From: Candidatus Thalassarchaeaceae archaeon
GTDB lineage: Archaea > Thermoplasmatota > Poseidoniia > Poseidoniales > Thalassarchaeaceae
NCBI GenBank assembly: GCA_045568075.1
Contig: JBJLBP010000001.1
Span: 1 to 32,000, forward strand
Direction of reading: 5' to 3'
DNA: 32,000 bases
The position numbers were made by a program, and so were the translations under genes. Below are positions 1-8,197 of this stretch, piece after piece. The number at the start of each line of letters is the position of its first letter. Positions within the stretch are counted from its first letter, which is position 1. The notes beneath the pieces were generated by a model. It did no database searches and was not told where the DNA came from. It saw only the letters and a list, made by a program, of their open reading frames with translations.

Positions 1-54
1 GCGATTACAGATTTCACTCCAATTCCTTGATACAATCCGAATCAAAGGGTACCC
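1..54 (+). repeat. Copy A of a 54-bp exact direct repeat (copy B = 24329-24382). Nt 1-30 read ...AITDFTPIP-stop, the 3' end of a second LLM-oxidoreductase-like gene running off the left edge.
   Basis: Base-by-base comparison gives 54/54 identical. Identity stops right after GGGTACCC. The upstream extent is invisible at the window edge. Confidence 0.9.
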
Positions 55-97
55 ATCAGCTCAGGGGTAATCGTATCGGCCCCCCATGCGATTGCCC

Positions 98-676
98 TCA
101 ATTTTGATCCAAATCTTGGAGATACGCGTCGTATTGGACTTGGACGTCTTCTGCGACTATTGGTTCATTTATTCCAACCACCCAAGAGCGTGCTACTCCA
201 TCTAGATCAACGATTAGATATGATGGAAAACCGGGGATATCTTCTCTGTCAAACGTCTCTTCGATGTAATCTCTGGTGGCTTGACCATGAAGAACTGAAT
301 GGCTGTTGTTACTATACTCAGACCAGTTCATTGCGTCTTCCTGAGATGCAATCGTAGTCCCTTCTGCATTATCCCTGAGAAGTTCAACAAAACTGACGGT
401 GTACCTATCGTCGAGACCCCTCATTGACTGCAACAATTCCTCTGTCCGATTAGCTTCATCATTGCATATACCGCACCAATCAGCAGCATTGAACAAAATC
501 ACTAACATCGTCCCTCGGAACTCAGAGAGGGTGACATTCTCACCGTGTTGGTTGGGTGCGGTTAAGTCCGGAATTGGATCAACAGTATCCAGTTCCTCTG
601 AACTATCATCGCCAACGCAACCTGACAAAGGCGATAGAAGGATAAGTAGCATCATCATTGGTGCTATGATACGCAT
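98..676 (-). CDS. Thioredoxin-fold thiol:disulfide oxidoreductase lipoprotein (TlpA/ResA/AhpC-TSA-like)
   Basis: 192-aa ORF with ATG start. Signal peptide ends in lipobox LSGC. WCGIC (CxxC) redox motif sits in a Trx-like context. Confidence 0.75.
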   Translation of the reverse strand: MRIIAPMMMLLILLSPLSGCVGDDSSEELDTVDPIPDLTAPNQHGENVTLSEFRGTMLVILFNAADWCGICNDEANRTEELLQSMRGLDDRYTVSFVELLRDNAEGTTIASQEDAMNWSEYSNNSHSVLHGQATRDYIEETFDREDIPGFPSYLIVDLDGVARSWVVGINEPIVAEDVQVQYDAYLQDLDQN

Positions 677-825
677 GGATTGGTCGAAAACGTAGAATAT
701 TATGAATCTGTGTACGGATTAAGTGTTTTATGAGTAAATTAATCGGTTTCTGCATAGACCGATGCGATTGAGGTGGATGAATCAATGGGCTATCAATGGG
801 CCATTTCAGAGAATACCCTCTCCGC

Positions 826-1128
826 TCACTCTTCGTTTCCGAAGTTGAGCCAGAATTCATTGATTGCACTCGGATTCCGTATTACCATCTGCCCTACGTA
901 TAGCAGGTAAGCAGCTAGTGGAAGGTATAGCCCGAGTATCGTTGGATGGGGTCCAATCGTGAACAATGGAAGTGAGTAAGCAATCATCGGCATCAGAAGC
1001 CATGGAATCGGACCTCGATTCTTTGCAAAAATCATGACAGGATAACCCAAACCGCAACCGAGAAGGAAAAGACCAACGAAGGTCAACGTAATGTCCATCA
1101 GTTGCTCAGATGGGCGTCGGGATTTCAA
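826..1128 (-). CDS. Small polytopic membrane protein, function unknown
   Basis: 100-aa ORF with 3 hydrophobic helices. TTG start at 1128 overlaps the stop of the upstream permease; an alternative ATG is at 1098. No recognisable motif. Confidence 0.45.
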   Translation of the reverse strand: MKSRRPSEQLMDITLTFVGLFLLGCGLGYPVMIFAKNRGPIPWLLMPMIAYSLPLFTIGPHPTILGLYLPLAAYLLYVGQMVIRNPSAINEFWLNFGNEE

Positions 1129-2111
1129 TGCTGGCTAGATTTCTCAAGAGGCTGGGCTGGCGGTGCGAGGAAGATCAGTGCAATTCCGCTGCCAACAATC
1201 AGCAAGCCGCCCGCCCAATCAGACAGCGCCAGCGCCTCATCGAACAGGAAGAATCCGTAGGCGGTGGCAACGATTACCGTGAGGTAAGAGAAAGCGCTGA
1301 CCCAAGCAGCGTTGGCTTTGTGGTAAGCCATCGTTATCCCAACCTGACCTCCTCCTGCTCCGATACCAATTCCGACCAAAGCCGCGATTGTATTAGTTTC
1401 AAGAGTGAACAAAGCCGGAGCTGCCTGAACAATCGAACCGGCTACGGAAAATGCCGCGAACCAGAAAACTACTGAAGCAGCAGAATCGGTCTTTCGCAGC
1501 TCGCGCACGTAGATGTAAGCTAGCGCTGCGAAAAAGCCCGAGCCGAGCGCTAGTAATGCGTCCGGCTCGACTCCACTCAAATTTGGAGAGACGATGAGAA
1601 CGATACCACCGAATGCGGTGATAACGAGTGCCGCAACTGCTGGTGAGACTTTTTCGGCGATTATGCGACCGGAGAGCAGTGCAACGAATAGTGGGGCTGT
1701 ATACTGCAATGTCACGGCTTGTCCAATCGGAATCCGAGCCAGCGCCGAGAAATACAAAATCATCGCAGTCAGGCCAACCGCACAACGTAGAAACATTGTC
1801 TTGGGGTCGTTCATCTTCAATGAAATTCCTCGACTCGCAGCGAAGACAGCGACTGCGAATGCAATCACTGCTGAGCGAACCAGAATCACAACCCAGACAT
1901 CGACACCATCGAGTCCACTGGTGTACTTCACGAGGGCGTTCATCGTCCCGAAACAGATACTGCCGAAGATCATCCACAACACAGCGGCATTGGGCGAATC
2001 CGCTCCGATCTCCGATTCATTTTCAGATTCAACAAATGAACTCAGATCAGGCCCCTCGCCACTTGCCTCAGCAATATCGGCGAGACTTCGCCCGAGCCCG
2101 CGCTTAGCCAA
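1125..2111 (-). CDS. EamA/DMT-family permease with an about 45-aa N-terminal extension carrying a ParB-like peptide (AKRGLGRSLADI)
   Basis: 328-aa ORF, about 10 Gly/Ala-rich TM helices typical of EamA transporters. The ORF begins at TTG 2111, immediately after and in frame with the parA TGA. Alternative starts at codons 44-47 (GTG/TTG/ATG) would delete the extension. Confidence 0.8.
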   Translation of the reverse strand: MAKRGLGRSLADIAEASGEGPDLSSFVESENESEIGADSPNAAVLWMIFGSICFGTMNALVKYTSGLDGVDVWVVILVRSAVIAFAVAVFAASRGISLKMNDPKTMFLRCAVGLTAMILYFSALARIPIGQAVTLQYTAPLFVALLSGRIIAEKVSPAVAALVITAFGGIVLIVSPNLSGVEPDALLALGSGFFAALAYIYVRELRKTDSAASVVFWFAAFSVAGSIVQAAPALFTLETNTIAALVGIGIGAGGGQVGITMAYHKANAAWVSAFSYLTVIVATAYGFFLFDEALALSDWAGGLLIVGSGIALIFLAPPAQPLEKSSQH

Positions 2112-3065
2112 TCAGAGCAGCCCCCAGCGAGCCTCGAGTACGCTTGCCACTTCCTGGTAGTCCTGGCCGCCGTTGCTCTTGGGGTCGTGGAGGTGAATGG
2201 GGATGCCGTGGCTTGGGGCCTCAGCCAGTTTGATATTACGCCGTACAGAGGGTTCGATGACGAGTTCTGGGAAGGCTTCCTTGACCTCTGCTGCAACCTG
2301 TTGATTGAGCAAGGTTGGAGCGTGCATAGTGAGCATCACACCGTCCACACCGAGCCGCGGGTTGAGGAGGCCTCGGACCTCGCGGATCGTACCTGCAAGC
2401 ATGGCGAGTCCTTCGAGTGCAAAATACTCGGTCTGGACTGGGATTACTATGCCGTCACTGGCTACCAGTGCGTTGATTGTGACGAGTCCGAGGGATGGTG
2501 GTGTGTCGATGATGACGAGGTCATAATGAGGTAAGAGTGGAGCTAATGCTTCGGTTAATCGGCGCTCTCTGCCAAGTTGTCTGAGCATCTCCTGTTCTAG
2601 ACCGACGAGGGTTCGATCGCCGACGATAATGTGGACATTGTCGACTGCTGTCGCGTGACGGCTGTCGACCGCACATTCTGGGTTCAGCATGAGGTCACGC
2701 GTAGTAGTTCGTACTCGGGATTTGTCGACGCCGAGTCCGGTTGCACAATTTCCTTGAGAGTCGGCGTCGATGACGAGGACTCGGTGACCGCGAAGAGCAA
2801 TCTGAGCTGCGATATTGATGACGCTCGTGGTCTTACCAACTCCACCTTTCTGATTGATTACAGTCACTACACGTGCTCGACCTTCAGGTGTTTCTGGACC
2901 CCTTGGAAGGTCGAGTGGTTGCCTCGCGCGGGCGGTACTGATTTCATCAACCGCGTCGAGTGAGGGTAATCCACGGTCCTCCTCAACCTCAACGAAATCA
3001 GCATCGATGATGAGCGGAGCAGCGCCCACTTCGGGCAATTCGTCCCGCTCTTCATCGAGTGTCAT
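2112..3065 (-). CDS. parA: ParA/Soj-family partition ATPase with an acidic about 65-aa N-terminal extension
   Basis: Deviant Walker A NQKGGVGKTT, IDADSQGN, DLVIIDTPPSLG, and Soj-like length and C-terminus. ATG start at 3065. Confidence 0.9.
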   Translation of the reverse strand: MTLDEERDELPEVGAAPLIIDADFVEVEEDRGLPSLDAVDEISTARARQPLDLPRGPETPEGRARVVTVINQKGGVGKTTSVINIAAQIALRGHRVLVIDADSQGNCATGLGVDKSRVRTTTRDLMLNPECAVDSRHATAVDNVHIIVGDRTLVGLEQEMLRQLGRERRLTEALAPLLPHYDLVIIDTPPSLGLVTINALVASDGIVIPVQTEYFALEGLAMLAGTIREVRGLLNPRLGVDGVMLTMHAPTLLNQQVAAEVKEAFPELVIEPSVRRNIKLAEAPSHGIPIHLHDPKSNGGQDYQEVASVLEARWGLL

Positions 3066-3164
3066 ACGAGCGCCTGCGGCGCTCGAGGGCGTGTTGAATG
3101 TGCCGCCAGTTTTGAGTTGGCTCAGTAGCGTTCCAAAGCCCTGGCCGGCTCGCCGCCCAACGAA

Positions 3165-5429
3165 TCAGTTAGGCGCCCAATAATGGAACCAACCAAGCAT
3201 CTGAGCGTTCTCTGCATCCATCGCGAAAGTCACAGTATGTTCGCGATTATTGCTATCGGTCCAAGTCTTATCTGCACCAACACTGACTGCACCTTGGCCG
3301 ATACTGACCGGAACGATGTCGAAGATATCATTCTCCTCGGTCACAGTAAGCCGATATCCATACTCGACATCGTCCGCCCACTCGCCCGATCCATCGTTGA
3401 TATATTGGCTCAAAACGGGGTATCGAGAGCTTGTCAGAAGTCTAGACTCGAGAGCCTGCATGGTCAAAGTATCAGGGATTGCGTTGCGATTCCATTGCAC
3501 TGACCCATCGTCCATATCTTCGTCATCGATGAGTACGCAACCTCCGTCTCGCTCGCGTACAACGGTCCAACCTGCTCGCTCATCCTCAGTCACCCAGGAC
3601 ATGTTCCACTGCGATGTTCCAGAGACTAGGACTGTCGAGGCCTTCCAGACATATCCACCGGCCTCGATGGCGGTGGCCACACCGCTCGATGAGTAATTGG
3701 CCACCGTACATTCCAGCGCCGATTCAAGATCCCAGTCACGTTGCTGGCTCTCATCAGGCATTGCTACTCCCCAAGAACGCTGGGCGCTGGTTCCGGGCCG
3801 GTCTTCACCAGGCCCGGGCTTGCTTGTGTAATCCGCCAACCAATCGATTGCGCGCTCGCCGTTATCATTGCTCGTCGCGCGCATCGAGAAAGAAATCGTC
3901 ACCCTTCCATCAGGTAGAGCCGCATCGGAGAGCGAGGATTCAATCAGTCCGCACTCGCTCGATTTCTGACTTTTGTCGAGTACGATACTCGCATCTTGCT
4001 GCACTGGCCACGGCACGCTGCTCTTGACTAGCAAATCCAAGTTGAGGTGCCCATTGCAGGCATCAAATTCAGGATGCGACATCGAGATCGGATAGACGAG
4101 ACCATGGACTCCGTCATTGATCTCTTCACCAACAGACCAAGACCACTCATCACCATCAGCCGAGGTTGAACCGGAGGTCAGTGAGGCATCGCCAAAGAAT
4201 TCGTGCAAATCTAGAGGTGTCAAGGGAAGCAAAACGTAGGAAGTGGCAACTCCTAATCCCGAAATCGAATCGAGCCCAAAGGTCGTCGCTTCAAGATTCG
4301 TAGCGCGGTTATCGACATCGCGAATCGTCAAGTCTGTGCTCGTTCGAATCAGCTGCTTATCGCCGATATCTGTCCAAGTCAGCGTCGTCATATCGACGTT
4401 ATTATCCTCAAGAATCCAACCTGTATTACCGCATTCGTCGGTACTTCTCCAAGTCTTTCCATCGAGGTCAATATTCATCGAATGAGTAAGGACTTTTTCA
4501 GCGGCGAGATGACTTCTACCATAAGCGTCCAAAGCGCTTACTGCGCCGATGTATTGTTGGTCTGAGGGGTGGATAATTTCACTTGATGAACCCCCCCGAA
4601 TACTGATACTTCCAGAGCCTGAAGTGATGTCTGCTGTGAGCTCGCCGCAGGCATCATCGAGTGCTCCTCCTGCGGCGTTTCGGAATATCGCAACCATGTC
4701 GTCACCCTCTACCTGGATGCTCGAGGTTCCGATGTTGAATTGCATGCTGTCTCCATAATGGAGGCTTCGCGCTTCGAAGGATGAGTCCTGTTGCAGGAAC
4801 AGGGCGAAGCCGATGGCACCGATAATTAGTGCAACAATAGTGACGGCGCCGATGACCTTCGGTGAGAGCTCAATCGAAGATAGGCTTGGGATGGTGATGG
4901 TGATCGATGCCTCTGAATCGACTTCAGGCACGATTTCGTCAGCGACGAGAGTCGTCGCTCCCTCTTCGGCTAGAACACCGTCAGTCCAAGGGTCATCATC
5001 CTCTTCTTCGAGGATAAGCGCGGGAGTCTCTTCCTCGAGGATGATTGTATCGACCACATCAGGCTCGACTGCAAGGACTTCCTCAGGCGCGGGTGGTTCT
5101 TCGATTTCGGCCTCTATGATATCGGCTTCGAAGACCTCGGCCTCGAGCACATCGGGTTCTGAATCCTCGTCGATTGCCGGCTCGGAATCAGGTATTCCAC
5201 CGCCGCCGGCTTCGACTCGAGCCAACAGACGATCTATCGCGTCGCCCCTTCCTTCGTCAGAAGTTGGTAATTTCTTACTTGGCTCGGCAATCGGAGAAGA
5301 ACTCTCCTCGCCGAGCAATCGGTCGATCAGTTCGGTCTTATTCCCCGATACGAAGAGTCCGTTCTCCTTGCAGAGTTCCCGCAGTTCGGATACCTTCATC
5401 GCCGATAGTGAATCACGGTCCAGACACAT
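3165..5429 (-). CDS. SAP-domain single-pass membrane protein with a large extracytoplasmic domain, function unknown
   Basis: 754-aa ORF. The N-terminus MKVSELRELCKENGLFVSGNKTELIDRLLG fits the SAP / Rho_N-like helix-extended-helix DNA-binding motif. An about 150-aa acidic linker, one TM helix (VIGAVTIVALIIGAIGFALFL) and an about 540-aa domain with no recognised motif follow. Confidence 0.7.
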   Translation of the reverse strand: MCLDRDSLSAMKVSELRELCKENGLFVSGNKTELIDRLLGEESSSPIAEPSKKLPTSDEGRGDAIDRLLARVEAGGGGIPDSEPAIDEDSEPDVLEAEVFEADIIEAEIEEPPAPEEVLAVEPDVVDTIILEEETPALILEEEDDDPWTDGVLAEEGATTLVADEIVPEVDSEASITITIPSLSSIELSPKVIGAVTIVALIIGAIGFALFLQQDSSFEARSLHYGDSMQFNIGTSSIQVEGDDMVAIFRNAAGGALDDACGELTADITSGSGSISIRGGSSSEIIHPSDQQYIGAVSALDAYGRSHLAAEKVLTHSMNIDLDGKTWRSTDECGNTGWILEDNNVDMTTLTWTDIGDKQLIRTSTDLTIRDVDNRATNLEATTFGLDSISGLGVATSYVLLPLTPLDLHEFFGDASLTSGSTSADGDEWSWSVGEEINDGVHGLVYPISMSHPEFDACNGHLNLDLLVKSSVPWPVQQDASIVLDKSQKSSECGLIESSLSDAALPDGRVTISFSMRATSNDNGERAIDWLADYTSKPGPGEDRPGTSAQRSWGVAMPDESQQRDWDLESALECTVANYSSSGVATAIEAGGYVWKASTVLVSGTSQWNMSWVTEDERAGWTVVRERDGGCVLIDDEDMDDGSVQWNRNAIPDTLTMQALESRLLTSSRYPVLSQYINDGSGEWADDVEYGYRLTVTEENDIFDIVPVSIGQGAVSVGADKTWTDSNNREHTVTFAMDAENAQMLGWFHYWAPN

Positions 5430-5642
5430 CCCTCCTGCTCATCGAACGCTCGGCAGTCTCGCGGCGGGGCTTTCAACCCCTTCGGCGTTCCGCTTTGCGG
5501 AACGCGGATACGCACGCGTGCGAGAGACCGCCGAAACCGTCTGAAACACTGCGATTAGGGGGATTCTGGAGCGGAGAAGTTGATGATGCAGAATCAAGGT
5601 CCAGCCGTCAGACTCAAGAACGGTTGGCGGTCGGCCGCAGAT

Positions 5643-6596
5643 ATGGACCCACGCTTGGTCATCCTCTCACGCGGCCCGAGGTTGTACTCGACGCGACGTC
5701 TCGCCGAGGAGGCGGAGAAGGCTGGTTGGGCAGTACGGATTCTCGACCCATTGTCTCTGACTGTGGTTGTCGATGAGAAGGGAGGTCGCATCTTCCACCG
5801 CGGCTGGCCAGTCGAGTGCGAAGCAGTGATTCCACGAATCGGATATTCGATCACGCGCCGCGGTGTCGCCATAGTCAGACAATTCGAGCAGATGGGAGTA
5901 ATCATCCTCAATCCATCTCTTTCGATTCAACAAAGCCGAGACAAGTTGCTTGCCAGCCAATTGATGGCCGACGCGGGCGTTCCAATTCCAGTCACTGCGC
6001 ACGTGGCTTCCATCGAGGACACCGACCGCGCCATCGCGCGCGCTGGTGGTGTACCTTGCGTGGTCAAGGCTACAGAAGGCACGCAGGGTTCGGGTGTCTT
6101 CCTTGTCGATAATCACCAGCAGGCTCACCAACTCGTGCAACAGATGCTCGAGCGAGGAATGCGCCCGTTGGTTCAGACCTATATCGAGGAATCACACGGT
6201 CAGGATATTCGAGTTTTCGTGGTCGGTGGTAAGGTAACCGCCGCTATGCGACGCCGTGCTTCCGGTAGTGAATTCCGCTCTAATTTCCATTTGGGAGGTC
6301 GCGTCGAGCGCGTCCATCTCAGTGAGCTACACAAATCTGTCGCGCTCGCTGCAGCCAATATTCTAGGAATGGATATCGCGGGTGTAGACATGCTTGAATC
6401 CCGCGATGGTCCTCTCGTCCTCGAAGTCAACTCAAGTCCAGGACTCGAGGGTATCGAGGGCGCCTCGGGCGTCAATGTCGCAGCAGCCGTAGCCCAGCAC
6501 CTCGACGCGCGCCTATCTGCAGTCCGCGAACAAAGCCGCGCTGAGGCGCAGTTGCCCGATGATACAGCGCCGGACAACACTCTGCTAACAGAGTGA
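5643..6596 (+). CDS. rimK: RimK-family ATP-grasp alpha-L-glutamate ligase
   Basis: The N-terminus RLVILSRGPRLYSTRRLAEEA matches RimK N-termini. ATP-grasp motifs are present (VVKATEGTQGSGV, DIAGVDMLES...LEVNSSPG). I chose the ATG at 5643; the ORF track starts at 5580. Confidence 0.85.
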   Translation: MDPRLVILSRGPRLYSTRRLAEEAEKAGWAVRILDPLSLTVVVDEKGGRIFHRGWPVECEAVIPRIGYSITRRGVAIVRQFEQMGVIILNPSLSIQQSRDKLLASQLMADAGVPIPVTAHVASIEDTDRAIARAGGVPCVVKATEGTQGSGVFLVDNHQQAHQLVQQMLERGMRPLVQTYIEESHGQDIRVFVVGGKVTAAMRRRASGSEFRSNFHLGGRVERVHLSELHKSVALAAANILGMDIAGVDMLESRDGPLVLEVNSSPGLEGIEGASGVNVAAAVAQHLDARLSAVREQSRAEAQLPDDTAPDNTLLTE

Positions 6597-6810
6597 AATC
6601 GACTCAAATCCAAGTTTTTGGAACTTCAGAGTCGAGCCGTATGGCTCCATCAAAAATCGCCCATACGGCGATTCCAAGCACGCCCACAAACCGGAGCCGA
6701 ACGGCTCGCAGCATCAGAAGCATTCAAGTCGGGATAGACCCACTTGGGTTCGCCCGTATGGGCAGGGATGCACCCGTCGTTCGCGACGGAGAGAGGCGAG
6801 GGAACGCGAT

Positions 6811-7917
6811 ATGGAAAGTGATGATGGAGGGTTTGCTGGCCGAGAGGCTAGGCAGGGGCGGTTCGATACTTCCTCCATTCAATCGGTTCTTCCCACACGC
6901 TTGATCCGCTTAGCCGCACTTCCTTGGTTCGAATGCTGGACCGGACAATTGCGCGCTGAGAAGAAATCGCAACATACGATTCGCGCTTACACGGTGGCAG
7001 CGCGCGGGTTTTCGACAACTGCGCTACCGGATGAGGATGAAATTGATTGGAATGAAGCTCAAACGATTCCTGTCCGTATTTTCTATGAGCGCGCTGATCC
7101 TTCCTTCGGTCGCATCGATTCTTGGTTGAACGGGCTTGGTGAGATGCGACCGGCTACGATTAACGCTAGAATTGCAGCCGTTTCTCATCTGATGAAATGG
7201 CTTGGACATTCAATTCCAGAGTGGGTGCAGAGGCCGGCGCGCAGGCGCCCTCTACCGCGACCTTTGGGCCGGTCAGAGGTGCTCAAAGTGCGCTCCGCGG
7301 CTCTGAGAATGGAAGACCCGTTAGCTCATCCTGTAGTCACTACAATGCTAGACACTGGCTTGCGGGTCTCCGAATTATGCAATCTCGACCTCGACGATGT
7401 CGATCACGATGACCTGTCTGCTTTGGTGATTGGAGGCAAGGGTGAGAAGGATCGGACTGTGCTCTTCACGAAGTCTACTACTGAGGCTATTATGGCTTGG
7501 AATCCAATTCGTGCTCTTCGTTCGAATCTCATCGATGACGAGGATTCCGAGCGATCGCTATTCTTGTCGAGTCGCGGTCGAAGAATCAATCCGCGCTCGA
7601 TTCAGAAATTGATTGATAGATTGGCCGATGAGGCTGATATCCCGCGCTCTCGTTTGTCTCCCCACACTCTACGCCACACATTTGCTACCGGTTTACTGGA
7701 GCGTGGGGCTGATTTGGTGACTATTCAGCGCTTATTGGGTCACGCTAGCATCGCTACTACTCGCGTGTATCTGGAGATTAGTGACCAGACGCTGCGAGAG
7801 ATCTACCACAGGGCACAGCGTCTGCCGGAATTGGCCGAGTTTGAGGTTGATTCCACAGTCGAGAATGAATTGGAAAGCGAATTAATCGAAGCACCACCTA
7901 CAATTCGCCAAGATTGA
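6811..7917 (+). CDS. xerA: Tyrosine recombinase, XerC/XerD/XerA-like
   Basis: The C-terminal catalytic region reads LSPHTLRHTFATGLLERGADLVTIQRLLGHASIATTRVYLE (R..HxxR..Y), with a SAM-like N-domain. The symbol rests on the archaeal context only. Confidence 0.8.
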   Translation: MESDDGGFAGREARQGRFDTSSIQSVLPTRLIRLAALPWFECWTGQLRAEKKSQHTIRAYTVAARGFSTTALPDEDEIDWNEAQTIPVRIFYERADPSFGRIDSWLNGLGEMRPATINARIAAVSHLMKWLGHSIPEWVQRPARRRPLPRPLGRSEVLKVRSAALRMEDPLAHPVVTTMLDTGLRVSELCNLDLDDVDHDDLSALVIGGKGEKDRTVLFTKSTTEAIMAWNPIRALRSNLIDDEDSERSLFLSSRGRRINPRSIQKLIDRLADEADIPRSRLSPHTLRHTFATGLLERGADLVTIQRLLGHASIATTRVYLEISDQTLREIYHRAQRLPELAEFEVDSTVENELESELIEAPPTIRQD

Positions 7918-7943
7918 AGATTTACTTCTTAGCTGGATTTTTC

Positions 7944-8150
7944 TTATTCTGTGCGCTTATCGACCGCTTCTGGCCCTTGCCATTCGCGGTCGGCAGACAC
8001 CATATTTCCAGAATGCCCCGACACTGGGCAAGGTTTGCCTGCTCGGCATCGCGAGCAATTGTCCTTCGGTGGGATCTCGACGACTTTCGTCAGTCGCCCA
8101 TACTTCCGGCGCGGCACGCGAGGCTGTTCGCGCCGGCGGGACTTGAGCAT
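7944..8150 (-). CDS. Candidate small basic Cys-containing protein (possible zinc ribbon); very uncertain
   Basis: 68 codons from the ATG at 8150: MLKSRRREQPRVPRRKYGRLTKVVEIPPKDNCSRCRAGKPCPVSGH... The region is open in several frames. This frame has the most protein-like codons and ends in an AT-rich stretch. Confidence 0.25.
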   Translation of the reverse strand: MLKSRRREQPRVPRRKYGRLTKVVEIPPKDNCSRCRAGKPCPVSGHSGNMVSADREWQGPEAVDKRTE

Positions 8151-8197
8151 TCTCACATGCGCGCAAGATTCAACGGGGAGTCTGCAGAGCGTCGGGT

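Noticed and set aside
2112-2114. The TGA between parA and the permease as a selenocysteine codon.
   Set aside because: I saw no SECIS-like structure or selenoprotein context. ParA ends at its normal C-terminus. Read-through is mentioned only as an untested possibility.
5466-5520. GC-rich hairpins and palindromes in the divergent SAP-gene/rimK spacer: CGTTCCGC-TTT-GCGGAACG at 5486-5504, and GCACGCGTGC.
   Set aside because: They are single occurrences with no repeated motif or positional logic that I could tie to a function. This is insufficient for a feature call.
1594-5544. Long antisense or shadow ORFs inside parA, the permease and the SAP-protein gene: 1594-2160, 2854-3183, 4813-5544. Similar ones lie inside other genes: 5594-5911, 10761-11366, 21216-21689, 30749-31123.
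   Set aside because: Their Ser/Arg/Pro/Ala-rich compositions are typical of the reverse or off-frame of GC-rich genes. They have no motifs and each fully overlaps a gene with strong family signatures.
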